From contig JACDBH010000006.1 in the NCBI GenBank assembly GCA_013694995.1, forward strand, positions 21,435 to 85,434: a stretch of DNA of 64,000 bases. Reading direction: 5' to 3'. This DNA is from Candidatus Saccharimonadota bacterium (GTDB taxonomy: Bacteria > Patescibacteriota > Saccharimonadia > Saccharimonadales > JACDBH01). Position 1 is the stretch's first letter. Each line of letters opens with the position of its first letter. The position numbers were made by a program, and so were the translations under genes. The notes under the pieces are model-generated. The model was not told the origin of the DNA. It saw only the letters and a list, made by a program, of their open reading frames with translations, and did no database searches. Below, in pieces: positions 1 to 7,818 of this stretch.

Positions 1-483
1 CTTGGGTACGTTCAGTAGTGGCCTATAGATACCATTGCCGGCTTTCAGTGATGCCAGGCCTTTACGGCCGGTGCCCCTAAGCAGGTTCAAAACCGCCGTC
101 TCAGCGCTGTCGTCTAGATGATGGGCGGTAATAATTCCGTCCGCACCGGCGTGTTTTTGTACTTTACGCAGAAAGTCATAGCGAGCCTCCCGGGCTGCCG
201 CCTCGCTCGCTTTACTACCTAAATTCCCTTCCTTGTACACAAAAGGCAATTTATTTTCTAAAGAAACTTCATGCACCAATTTACGGTCGATATGGGATGC
301 CTCACGGATACCATGGTCAAAATGAGCTACGATAAAAGACAAAGATTGAGGGTGAAGGGTTGAGGGTGAAGGGTTTTTCGCAAGTTTGGTGAGCAAATCC
401 AGTAGCACCATCGAATCGACGCCGCCACTGACGGCGACGACATAGCGCCCAGGCGCCAGCCGGATTGTCTTTGCAATATCCAT
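1..483 (-). CDS. tilS: tRNA(Ile)-lysidine synthase TilS, N-terminal PP-loop part (C-terminus runs off the window)
   Basis: Manual translation from ATG at 483: MDIAKTIRLAPGRYVVAVSGGVDSMVLLDLL...IVAHFDHGIREAS...AREARYDFL...IITAHHLDDSAETAVLNLLRG. SGGxDS PP-loop and HH(L)DD motifs. Absent from the ORF track because there is no in-window stop. Confidence 0.8.
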   Translation of the reverse strand, partial: MDIAKTIRLAPGRYVVAVSGGVDSMVLLDLLTKLAKNPSPSTLHPQSLSFIVAHFDHGIREASHIDRKLVHEVSLENKLPFVYKEGNLGSKASEAAAREARYDFLRKVQKHAGADGIITAHHLDDSAETAVLNLLRGTGRKGLASLKAGNGIYRPLLNVPK

Positions 484-508
484 AGGTTCTATTTTAATCT
501 AATAGTAA

Positions 509-1066
509 ATGAAAAGCTTATACTTTATCCGCCATGGCGAGAGCCAAGCCAATGTCGATGATGTCTGGGGAGGTCAAATTGAAACCCCATTGACCCAAGT
601 TGGCATAGCCCAAGCACAACACGCTGGCCGCAAAGCCAAATTAGAAGGCCTTAAGTTTGATATTATCATTAGCTCCCCCCTCTCTAGGGCTACTGATACG
701 GCAAAATTTGTAGCTCAAGAGATCGGCTATCCTAAGGAGTCAATCGTTTACAATAAACTGCTTCTAGAAAGAAGTTTCGGCATACTGGACGGCACACCAA
801 ATGCTAAAAGTTTCTTTGATTCGCATGAATATAAAGATTTAGACAATGTGGAAGAAGCCGAGACGGTTGAGGAGCTTCAAAATAGAGCCGAAAAATCCCT
901 GCATGTGATAATGAAAAGACCTGAAGATTCCATCTTGGTTGTGGGACACGGAGCTTTCGGTAGGGCATTGCGTCGAGTCGTTAACAAACAGCCTTATACC
1001 GATGAATTCACCAAGGATTGGTCTTCAAGCTATATTCCCAACGCCGAAATCTTTCAGCTGATATAA
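509..1066 (+). CDS. histidine phosphatase family protein (phosphoglycerate mutase-like)
   Basis: N-terminal FIRHGESQAN (RHG catalytic motif) and a distal VVGHGAF motif. 185 aa. Confidence 0.75.
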   Translation: MKSLYFIRHGESQANVDDVWGGQIETPLTQVGIAQAQHAGRKAKLEGLKFDIIISSPLSRATDTAKFVAQEIGYPKESIVYNKLLLERSFGILDGTPNAKSFFDSHEYKDLDNVEEAETVEELQNRAEKSLHVIMKRPEDSILVVGHGAFGRALRRVVNKQPYTDEFTKDWSSSYIPNAEIFQLI

Positions 1067-1151
1067 ATTTGCTAAAACAGGAAATTCAACTCCTCCTTAT
1101 CTAGCCAACAGATAATAACTATGCTATATTGACCCCTGTCTATTGTTTTAC

Positions 1152-1268
1152 CAATCGGCTAAACCAAGAACTTGTTCTGTTTAGACGATTGAGAGGAGCA
1201 ACCGACCAAAAAGTGAAGTTTTGGAACAAACTTGTTACAAAACAAGCTAAATAGTAGGGTTGCGACGA
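1152..1268 (+). repeat. 117-nt conserved tRNA-upstream leader element, copy A
   Basis: Aligns by eye with 41590..41706 with about 5 mismatches. It ends exactly at the 5' end of the tRNA. It contains three hairpins (AATCGgCTAAAC...GTTTAGaCGATT, CCAAAA...TTTTGG, CTTGTT...AACAAG). Confidence 0.85.
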
Positions 1269-1345
1269 GGCGATGTAGCTCAGTTGGTTAGAGCACAGGA
1301 CTCATAAGCCTGGGGTCACTGGTTCAAATCCAGTCATCGCTACCA
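1269..1345 (+). tRNA. tRNA-Met (anticodon CAT), elongator type, CCA encoded
   Basis: Cloverleaf GGCGATG/TAGCTCAGTTGGTTAGAGCA/CAGGA-CTCATAA-GCCTG/GGGTC/ACTGGTTCAAATCCAGT/CATCGCT-ACCA. The D arm and variable region closely resemble E. coli elongator tRNA-Met. There is an A31:G39 mismatch. Confidence 0.8.
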
Positions 1346-1619
1346 AGTCAGCATCAAAAACAACCCCCGCCTATTTTTTGCGCAATCAAGTAGCACAAAA
1401 TTTGACGGGGTCTAATATTGTTCTTCCTTTCCATTTTGCAAATCCTCTCCTAGATTATTATGTAAGAGCTTTTTATTTTCTACACTTTAAGATAAAGTCC
1501 TTCAATTTATTGCCCTACCCCCTTATAATTCCTAGAGTACGGAGCTATATACTTAAATATATGTAATTCGGTTCGCAGCGCTGGGTCAAAGCCAGATTTT
1601 AAAGGGGTTAGTTTTTCTC

Positions 1620-2507
1620 ATGGGACTGTTTGATAAAATCAAAGACAATGCCAAAGATCTTAGTATTAAGGCAATTGAATCTTCTCAGACTGAAGAAGTA
1701 TATGCGCGTCCAGTAACCGAACTTCTTTCTGCTGCTGCCCAAAAAGAAACCGCAACACCGACTCATACTGCCGCTTCTGTAATAGAACCTGTTGAAAAGG
1801 TTGAAGTCAAGACTGCTCCCAAGCCAAAAGAGCCCGAGCACCAAAAACTTGCAACCGTCAAAATTTTCCCGAGTGAAGTTGATGAGCCGGCAGATGAAGA
1901 CAAATTCCTCGAAATGCCCGTTAAGGTTAGGCGGGATCCTGATAATAAAGCTGTGCCCGTCAGTAGAGCCATGATGCGTAACCTAAAAGTAATAGACGTT
2001 ACGCCATTAAGAGGCGTCGATCCTATCAAGCGCATGTCTTATGAGCGCGAGCGAGCCGCCCTAGCTGCACTTAATGCCCAGAGGCGCATGAACGGCACCA
2101 TTCCGCTTTATATCACGAGCCATATGAGTTTTAAAACGCGAATATTCATAAACCGCATCGAATACAGCGGCACTTTTGGCAAAACCGTCATTCCTATCAA
2201 CCAGGTTGGGTGGGTCAAGCTGCGGGCCTCCGGTACCGGAGTCATAGTCGAAACCACAACCGGCAAAAAAGTCGTTATGGTAGTCAAACCAAAAGACCGG
2301 CTAAGCTTTGCAGAGGCCGTTATGAAGGTCCAATCCTTGCAGCCTAAACGTACTAAGCCCAAAGACACTTTGACAATTAGAATTGATGAACTTGACCGCG
2401 TCTCTGAAGGCATTGAAGAAATTGAAAAACTGGCGGGGTTAGTAAAAAAAGGCTACATCACCGAAGAAGAATTCAACACCAAGAAACGTCAAATCCTCGG
2501 ACTATAG
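1620..2507 (+). CDS. SHOCT-domain protein with a bacterial PH-like central region
   Basis: The C-terminus LAGLVKKGYITEEEFNTKKRQILGL matches the SHOCT short C-terminal motif. The middle region resembles bPH/DUF4429-type domains. The N-terminus is disordered. Confidence 0.6.
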   Translation: MGLFDKIKDNAKDLSIKAIESSQTEEVYARPVTELLSAAAQKETATPTHTAASVIEPVEKVEVKTAPKPKEPEHQKLATVKIFPSEVDEPADEDKFLEMPVKVRRDPDNKAVPVSRAMMRNLKVIDVTPLRGVDPIKRMSYERERAALAALNAQRRMNGTIPLYITSHMSFKTRIFINRIEYSGTFGKTVIPINQVGWVKLRASGTGVIVETTTGKKVVMVVKPKDRLSFAEAVMKVQSLQPKRTKPKDTLTIRIDELDRVSEGIEEIEKLAGLVKKGYITEEEFNTKKRQILGL

Positions 2508-2939
2508 ATACTGGGGTACTTTTGGTAAACTGCAGCTTTAGGTACATTGCATACAGTAAGTTTTTTACTATTTCCTAACTTATATTTTCTAATTGCTAAA
2601 AACTCCCCGAGGTTCTTTGGAGAGTTTTTAGGAGAGTTACATTTTACAAACTGGCGATTACTTCATCTATTGCCAAGATTGAATTATCGCTAGTCGGTAA
2701 AAATTCATAATTGATATTGTTGAACATTTTGCTTTTCCTTTTTTACTGTTTGTTTTGTCATGACAGTAATTATCATTATACACGCTTTTGCTTTTTTGTC
2801 AACTTTGTTTATGCTTATTATTTTCAATAACAGGGGTAAAGATTTGAATAAAAACTTGCTCTTTCTGGCTTAACATGCTTTACTTATGCTTGCAGGTAAT
2901 ATCTGTTCTAATCTAGTAATAATGAATGTTCGCCTTTTG

Positions 2940-3011
2940 GTTAAACGCCGTAGGATGAGTTCGGGAACACTAGCGGGACGGAAGAAAGTTGGTCGATCAA
3001 CTGCGTTTAAC
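2940..3011 (+). promoter_or_regulatory. structured 5' leader upstream of the RRM gene (9-bp long-range stem)
   Basis: GTTAAACGC (2940-2948) is the exact reverse complement of GCGTTTAAC (3003-3011). It encloses the small hairpin GTTG-GTCGAT-CAAC. A further hairpin GGTTCT-TAAAT-AGAACC lies just before the SD. Confidence 0.3.
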
Positions 3012-3048
3012 ATAGTGGTTCTTAAATAGAACCGACAAAAGGATTTTA

Positions 3049-3357
3049 ATGTACAAATTATTTGTAGGCGGTTTGCCGTTTTCTACTACCGAAGATGAGC
3101 TTCGCGACATGTTCGCAGCTCATGGTACTGTAGCATCAGCAATCGTCGTCAAAGACCGCGACACCGGTCGTAGCAAAGGATTCGGCTTTGTCGAATTCGA
3201 GAGCGACGACGAAGGAAAAGCTGCTGAAAAGGCCCTAAACGGCTCTGACATGGGCGGCCGATCTATCACCGTTAACGAGGCTCGTCCTCGTGAGGAGCGA
3301 CCTCGTCGTGACTTCGGCGGCGGTGGTGGTGACCGTGGTGGCAACCGAAGCTGGTAA
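3049..3357 (+). CDS. RNA-binding protein, single RRM domain with Gly/Arg-rich tail
   Basis: RNP-2 LFVGGL and RNP-1 KGFGFVEF motifs. C-terminal tail RRDFGGGGGDRGGNRSW. SD AAGGA upstream. Confidence 0.85.
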   Translation: MYKLFVGGLPFSTTEDELRDMFAAHGTVASAIVVKDRDTGRSKGFGFVEFESDDEGKAAEKALNGSDMGGRSITVNEARPREERPRRDFGGGGGDRGGNRSW

Positions 3358-3382
3358 TCCAGTTTTAGGTGCTAACCAAAAA

Positions 3383-3409
3383 CACCCCTCATCCGAGGGG
3401 TGTTTTTTT
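3383..3409. terminator. bidirectional rho-independent terminator between convergent genes
   Basis: CACCCCTC-ATCC-GAGGGGTG stem, flanked by an A-run upstream and TTTTTTT downstream. Confidence 0.8.
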
Positions 3410-3422
3410 ATGAATAGCTAGG

Positions 3423-4364
3423 CTATTGCTTTTTACTAGAAATTACCTTTGCTTTTTCGGCTCTAGCAGCTACAAAACAGCGCTCTAATGACTTTGTAAC
3501 AAATTCAGCATCATGGGTTTTGCCTAAGATACTCTGGACGGCGGCTTCAACCCTAGGGGCAAAGCGGCTGTAATGTCTTACAGCCCTAATAATAAGCTGG
3601 TCATCTAGTTCATCATTAAAAAGTTCTTGGCTAATCTGCTCAACCGGACGCGAGAAAACAGTCATATCACCGCCAGTTAATAACGCTGCTACTCGTCCTA
3701 GTTGGGCGCGGTGTCCATCGTTGCCGACTCCGACAACTTCATAAGTTAATCTATTCAGTACCCTGGAAAATATCCGCTCAGCCGGTGACATTTGGGCGTC
3801 CATCATTTCTGTAACAGTGCGGCTGAAGTCTAGGTGACGGCCTTCTTGCTGTAAAATCCTCGGTCCCGCGGTCTCAACGAAACCAACTTCCCCGTCCGCT
3901 TTTAATTCACTGAATAAACGTCGATAGACTGTAGCGGTTAGGCGCTCATGAGAGGCATGCCTACCAAAAACAAGCTTTGTCTGTGCCCTGCGTATTGAAG
4001 GAATTACAGAAGAGATGCCGCCAATTTTAAACTTGAGGCTCACAACTTCTTTTTCAGGAAGCAGTGGTTCAACACCAATCCGGCGCATAAATTCGCCTGC
4101 TATTCTTTCGTGGCCTGTTTCTTCCTGGACCCAAGGGCCATTTAAGAATTTGGTTATTACTGGGTGCAAATGCGGGCTGATAGTGGTTATTTGCTCGATG
4201 TTCAAGGGAACACTGCCCTCAATCCTATGTATTGTCTGTTGGGTCGGGCCATATTTCTCGGCTAGGTAGTCTGATGAATTTTTAAAGCCAAAGTCTATGC
4301 TATCAATAGGAATAGCGCCATCCATTTTATCGATTTTTCGCTCTAGCTCGGCAATCGTGCTCAT
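3423..4364 (-). CDS. ferritin-like di-iron carboxylate protein (acyl-ACP desaturase-like)
   Basis: Two ExxH motifs about 90 residues apart (QEETGHE and QQEGRHL), as in FA_desaturase_2-type di-iron enzymes. 313 aa. Sits immediately downstream of marR on the same strand. Confidence 0.45.
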   Translation of the reverse strand: MSTIAELERKIDKMDGAIPIDSIDFGFKNSSDYLAEKYGPTQQTIHRIEGSVPLNIEQITTISPHLHPVITKFLNGPWVQEETGHERIAGEFMRRIGVEPLLPEKEVVSLKFKIGGISSVIPSIRRAQTKLVFGRHASHERLTATVYRRLFSELKADGEVGFVETAGPRILQQEGRHLDFSRTVTEMMDAQMSPAERIFSRVLNRLTYEVVGVGNDGHRAQLGRVAALLTGGDMTVFSRPVEQISQELFNDELDDQLIIRAVRHYSRFAPRVEAAVQSILGKTHDAEFVTKSLERCFVAARAEKAKVISSKKQ

Positions 4365-4380
4365 ATATACTGCTTTACTT

Positions 4381-4842
4381 CTAGTCTATAGACTCCAATT
4401 TGAATAATACTTTAACATAAATCTGGAATTCTGACGGATCAACGTGCCGGTAAACGGCCTGGCGCAAGCCGTTTCTAAGCTCTGTTTCAATTTCCTTGGT
4501 TATAGGTATGAACTTGGGGTTTACGGTCACATATTTCGAACGGCTGTCTTCCTCATCAGTTTTACGCGACAGCATTTTTTTTGATTCCAGTAAGTTGATG
4601 GTGTTAGTGAGATAGGGCAGGGTCGTACTTACCTGCTCGGCCAGCTCGCTGATCCGGATGCCTTTTTTGCCGGCATCAAGTACTGTACCGATAATCAGCC
4701 ATTGGGTTTTAGATATTCCGAATGGCTCTAAGATACCATCACTGATTTTTTGCAGCCGGCGATTAACAGAGGCTTGTAAAACTCCAGCCTGATATGTGGT
4801 AATATGAGCTATATCGTAGGTTTGTTTAGGTTTAGATATCAT
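4381..4842 (-). CDS. MarR family transcriptional regulator
   Basis: 153 aa. Winged-HTH pattern: ISKTQWLIIGTVLDAGKKGIRISELAEQVSTTLPYLTNTINLLESKKMLSR...D.R. Confidence 0.8.
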   Translation of the reverse strand: MISKPKQTYDIAHITTYQAGVLQASVNRRLQKISDGILEPFGISKTQWLIIGTVLDAGKKGIRISELAEQVSTTLPYLTNTINLLESKKMLSRKTDEEDSRSKYVTVNPKFIPITKEIETELRNGLRQAVYRHVDPSEFQIYVKVLFKLESID

Positions 4843-4868
4843 GTAGGGAGTCTAACACATTAACTTAG

Positions 4869-4899
4869 TAAAGTAAACTATTATAGTATTTAGTATTTG
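4869..4899. promoter_or_regulatory. AT-rich repeat/palindrome cluster upstream of marR, candidate operator
   Basis: TAAAGTAAACTATTATAGTATTTAGTATTTG contains ACTAT-T-ATAGT inverted repeats and the AGTATTT tandem. It lies 27-57 nt upstream of the marR ATG. Confidence 0.3.
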
Positions 4900-4998
4900 T
4901 ATTGAAAATTCTAAATTTTAAGAAATCAACTCATTACCACTATCGTGGTTATGGATTTTAAAACTTGTTCCCATAACTCTCACAACTAAAACCCCTGC

Positions 4999-5634
4999 TC
5001 AAGCTTGATCTTTTTTCTTCAGCATCAGCGCAAATGCAATTTGCGCAATACCCAAAAGAATAATAAGCAGTACAATAAAAGGCTTGCTGTAGAGTATGGC
5101 GATAAGAGCCGTTACCAGTAAGGCAATACCACTCAGCATGAATGTCTGATAAGGTTTGGGTTCGACAGAAGTCGGTCCAGATTGGATATTGTCTAAAATA
5201 GAGTTGGTCATTGATGATGGTGTATTGTCTTGTGCAAGCGATTCGGCTGGTTGTTCATTTTTCCTAGCTGTCTGCAGCTTATTTGCTTCGGCCATCCTAT
5301 ACTGGGCTTCTTTAAGCTGAGTGTTGGCTTCTTGCTGGGATTTCTGAATCTGTTCAGCCCGCTCCTTAATGGCTTCTAATTGCCTTTTTTGAGACTCGGC
5401 GTTTTTTTTCTGCCTGGCTAAAACTTCTTCTGTCACTGGTAATGTCAGTGGCTGCGCCGGTGTAGACAATGTTTTAATTGGAGTGGATTGAGACGGTGTC
5501 TGATCGATCTGCACCGGGCCAGTCGGTTCGTCTAGCGCAATATGAACAAAACCCTGAGAATCTTGGGTGGGTTGATATGTAGTGTCTTTTTTAGCCATAA
5601 AACTCCTTATTCTTGCCCTGGATTTTACGCTCAA
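4999..5634 (-). CDS. tail-anchored coiled-coil protein, unknown function
   Basis: Disordered Pro/Gln-rich N-terminus. Coiled-coil stretch (QKRQLEAIKERAEQIQKSQQEANTQLKEAQYRMAEANK). Hydrophobic C-terminal segments. Confidence 0.5.
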   Translation of the reverse strand: MSVKSRARIRSFMAKKDTTYQPTQDSQGFVHIALDEPTGPVQIDQTPSQSTPIKTLSTPAQPLTLPVTEEVLARQKKNAESQKRQLEAIKERAEQIQKSQQEANTQLKEAQYRMAEANKLQTARKNEQPAESLAQDNTPSSMTNSILDNIQSGPTSVEPKPYQTFMLSGIALLVTALIAILYSKPFIVLLIILLGIAQIAFALMLKKKDQA

Positions 5635-5896
5635 TAGATTAACATAGCTGTAATGTATTTAACATAAGTTATGGCACTAAAAGGCCAGTGGATTAGCCAC
5701 CGGCTCAAACCTGCTAATTATATAGATAGATATTCTTGCCAGAATTATTTATTATTTATGTAACTTCTTTATCTGGTCTTTGCCGCCAAAATGTAGTTTC
5801 ATGCTGTTCCCTCTTTAGTCCCTACTGTTTACGCTTACAAACTCGCATAAATTATAAGTAAAATAACAAAACATAAGCACTAGATCCAAATAACTT

Positions 5897-7003
5897 TTAA
5901 GTAGGTCTGGAAGGAAGAGTTACGCGAAAAGTAGTACCTACTTTATAGATGCTATGGAAAGTAATTTTGCCGCCGAGGAGTTCTACGAGGTGCTTAACTA
6001 GGTATAAGCCTAATCCAGTACCAGGTCGGGCGGAGTCAACAGCGTTCTCTGCCCTAAAGAACTGTGTAAATATTTTATCTTGGGATTTTTTAGGTATACC
6101 TATGCCGTTATCTTTGACTTCGACAGTTACAACCTTTTGGCTTTGAATTAATGATATGGATACCTCACCTCTATGAGCAGTGTATTTAATAGCATTAGTA
6201 ATAATATTGGAAAATACTTCATGTAGCATGTAAGCATCACTTATTACTGGCTGCAAATCTGTTGGTATTTCAATTTTAATCGCCAACTCTTTTTCTTTTA
6301 CTTTACCTTTATTTTCAGTAAGGATGCGTTGAATAATTTCTTCAATATACACCGACTCCATGTGCCTCACATACCTGTTACTGTCCAGTTTAGATATATC
6401 TATTAACATGCTAAGAAGTTCATTCATATGATTAGCGGCGTCTAAAATGGTTGTGCTTGAATCTTGTTGGACTGTGTTTAGTTTACCCAAGTATCCATCG
6501 CTGAGCATATGGGCGTGTGTTTTTATGGCTGTTAGCGGGGTGCGTAGTTGATGTGAGGCAAGATGGGTAAAGTTACGGCTAATTTCTTCCAATTCAAATT
6601 CGTTTGTTATGTCCTGAAGCATAATTACGACTTGCTGGGTAGGCTCAATATAATGCGTAGTCAACCTAACTGATACAGAGTCTTGGTTTACAATTTGCCA
6701 TTCATAGATACCTAGTACTTTCTCCCTTTTATTCTTAGGTTTTTGTAATGGAAATGGCTTGGGAAAGGAATTAGTTTTAGGTTTTAATAAAAGAACCTTT
6801 TCTATGTTTTGGCCTATCAAGTATAACCTTGGCTTGTTTAGAATTTCAGCGAGGGAATCATTTACAAATATGACTACACCGTCACTATTAACAACGCACA
6901 CAGAATCAGAAATATTAGATAAGACTATATCCATCCAGGCTAAAGTTTGCCTTAACTCCTTAATATTATATTCGTATTCATTTTTTTCCTTTGACACTAT
7001 CAA
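5897..7003 (-). CDS. cytoplasmic sensor histidine kinase (PAS + HisKA + HATPase_c)
   Basis: H-box HLASHQLRTPLTAI. N/G boxes NIITNAIKYT, DNGIGIP, GTGLGLYLV. No TM segments. Confidence 0.85.
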   Translation of the reverse strand: MIVSKEKNEYEYNIKELRQTLAWMDIVLSNISDSVCVVNSDGVVIFVNDSLAEILNKPRLYLIGQNIEKVLLLKPKTNSFPKPFPLQKPKNKREKVLGIYEWQIVNQDSVSVRLTTHYIEPTQQVVIMLQDITNEFELEEISRNFTHLASHQLRTPLTAIKTHAHMLSDGYLGKLNTVQQDSSTTILDAANHMNELLSMLIDISKLDSNRYVRHMESVYIEEIIQRILTENKGKVKEKELAIKIEIPTDLQPVISDAYMLHEVFSNIITNAIKYTAHRGEVSISLIQSQKVVTVEVKDNGIGIPKKSQDKIFTQFFRAENAVDSARPGTGLGLYLVKHLVELLGGKITFHSIYKVGTTFRVTLPSRPT

Positions 7004-7383
7004 TCCATGAGGGGGTTAATTATTGCCGCAAACCGCCACTGCCCATCTTTCTTATCGGAAATAATAAACAGTTCTACATTCATAATTTCATTATTCTTAC
7101 AAACTATCGATACTCGTACAGGCTTGCCAATTATCCTGGGTTGTTCTGTTACTAGGAATCTAGAAAACCCGACCATATGAACATTGCGCATATGTTCCGG
7201 CATAATACGGGTAACGGCCTGACTTAATAGCTCATCCGAAGTCCATCCATAAGTTTTTGTAAACATTTCGTTTACAAATGTAAAAAAGGAATTATGATCA
7301 ATCGCTACAGCTGGCACTTGCTGTAACTTGACTACGTCATCAAAACTATTAGGATAAGCAAACTCCTCGGACATACACGACAT
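7000..7383 (-). CDS. stand-alone PAS domain protein
   Basis: 127 aa with a PAS-like fold pattern (FTFVNEMFTKTYGWTSDELLSQAV...). Its stop overlaps the start of the downstream kinase by 4 nt. Confidence 0.65.
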   Translation of the reverse strand: MSCMSEEFAYPNSFDDVVKLQQVPAVAIDHNSFFTFVNEMFTKTYGWTSDELLSQAVTRIMPEHMRNVHMVGFSRFLVTEQPRIIGKPVRVSIVCKNNEIMNVELFIISDKKDGQWRFAAIINPLMD

Positions 7384-7449
7384 TATAAACTAACTTTGTG
7401 GTAGATGAATATTTAAGAGTTTTTAATTTTTATCTTAACAGTACCTGTG

Positions 7450-7818
7450 CTAGGTTTCCAGCAACTGCTTGACGGCATCAATAAGTTCAGTCGGAGAGGT
7501 ACCAGCCTTCAATAAATACTTGGTTGCCCCTAACTTTTCAATTTGGTCGAGTGTTTTTGGGTCTGAAAGGTTGCTCAGTACCAGTATTTTCATCTTGGGA
7601 TACTTCTTCTTCACATCAACTTTTTCTAAAAATTCAATTCCGCCCATTACTGGCATCAATACATCCAGGATAATGATATCGGGTTTGACGGTATCTAGTT
7701 GCTCCAATGCCAATTTGCCATGAGGCGCTTCATATACTTTGAATTTCTGCATATTAAAGAGCATCACATAGACTTTACGTAATGCGGCTTCATCTTCTAC
7801 AATTAGTACCTTTTTCAT
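7450..7818 (-). CDS. response regulator, receiver domain only (CheY-like)
   Basis: KVLIVEDE..., DIIILDVLMP (phospho-acceptor Asp), LSNL...K. 122 aa with no output domain. Confidence 0.85.
   Translation of the reverse strand: MKKVLIVEDEAALRKVYVMLFNMQKFKVYEAPHGKLALEQLDTVKPDIIILDVLMPVMGGIEFLEKVDVKKKYPKMKILVLSNLSDPKTLDQIEKLGATKYLLKAGTSPTELIDAVKQLLET

Noticed and set aside
347-374. Tandem 14-bp duplication TGAGGGTGAAGGGT x2 inside tilS
   Set aside because: The reading frame is intact through it (it encodes ...NPSPSTLHPQ..., a loop between the PP-loop and HFDHG motifs). It is therefore not a disruptive duplication, only a short internal repeat of unclear relevance.
1378-1566. 62-aa ORF downstream of tRNA-Met
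   Set aside because: It has a non-ATG start, AT-rich low-complexity composition (Phe/Tyr/Leu/Ile/Lys-rich) and no SD. It is most likely intergenic sequence.
2950-2960. Shared 11-mer GTAGGATGAGT at 2950-2960 and 12671-12681, both upstream of plus-strand genes
   Set aside because: Matches of 11-13 nt are expected many times by chance in 64 kb on two strands. There is no consistent -35 element and no consistent distance to the start codons.
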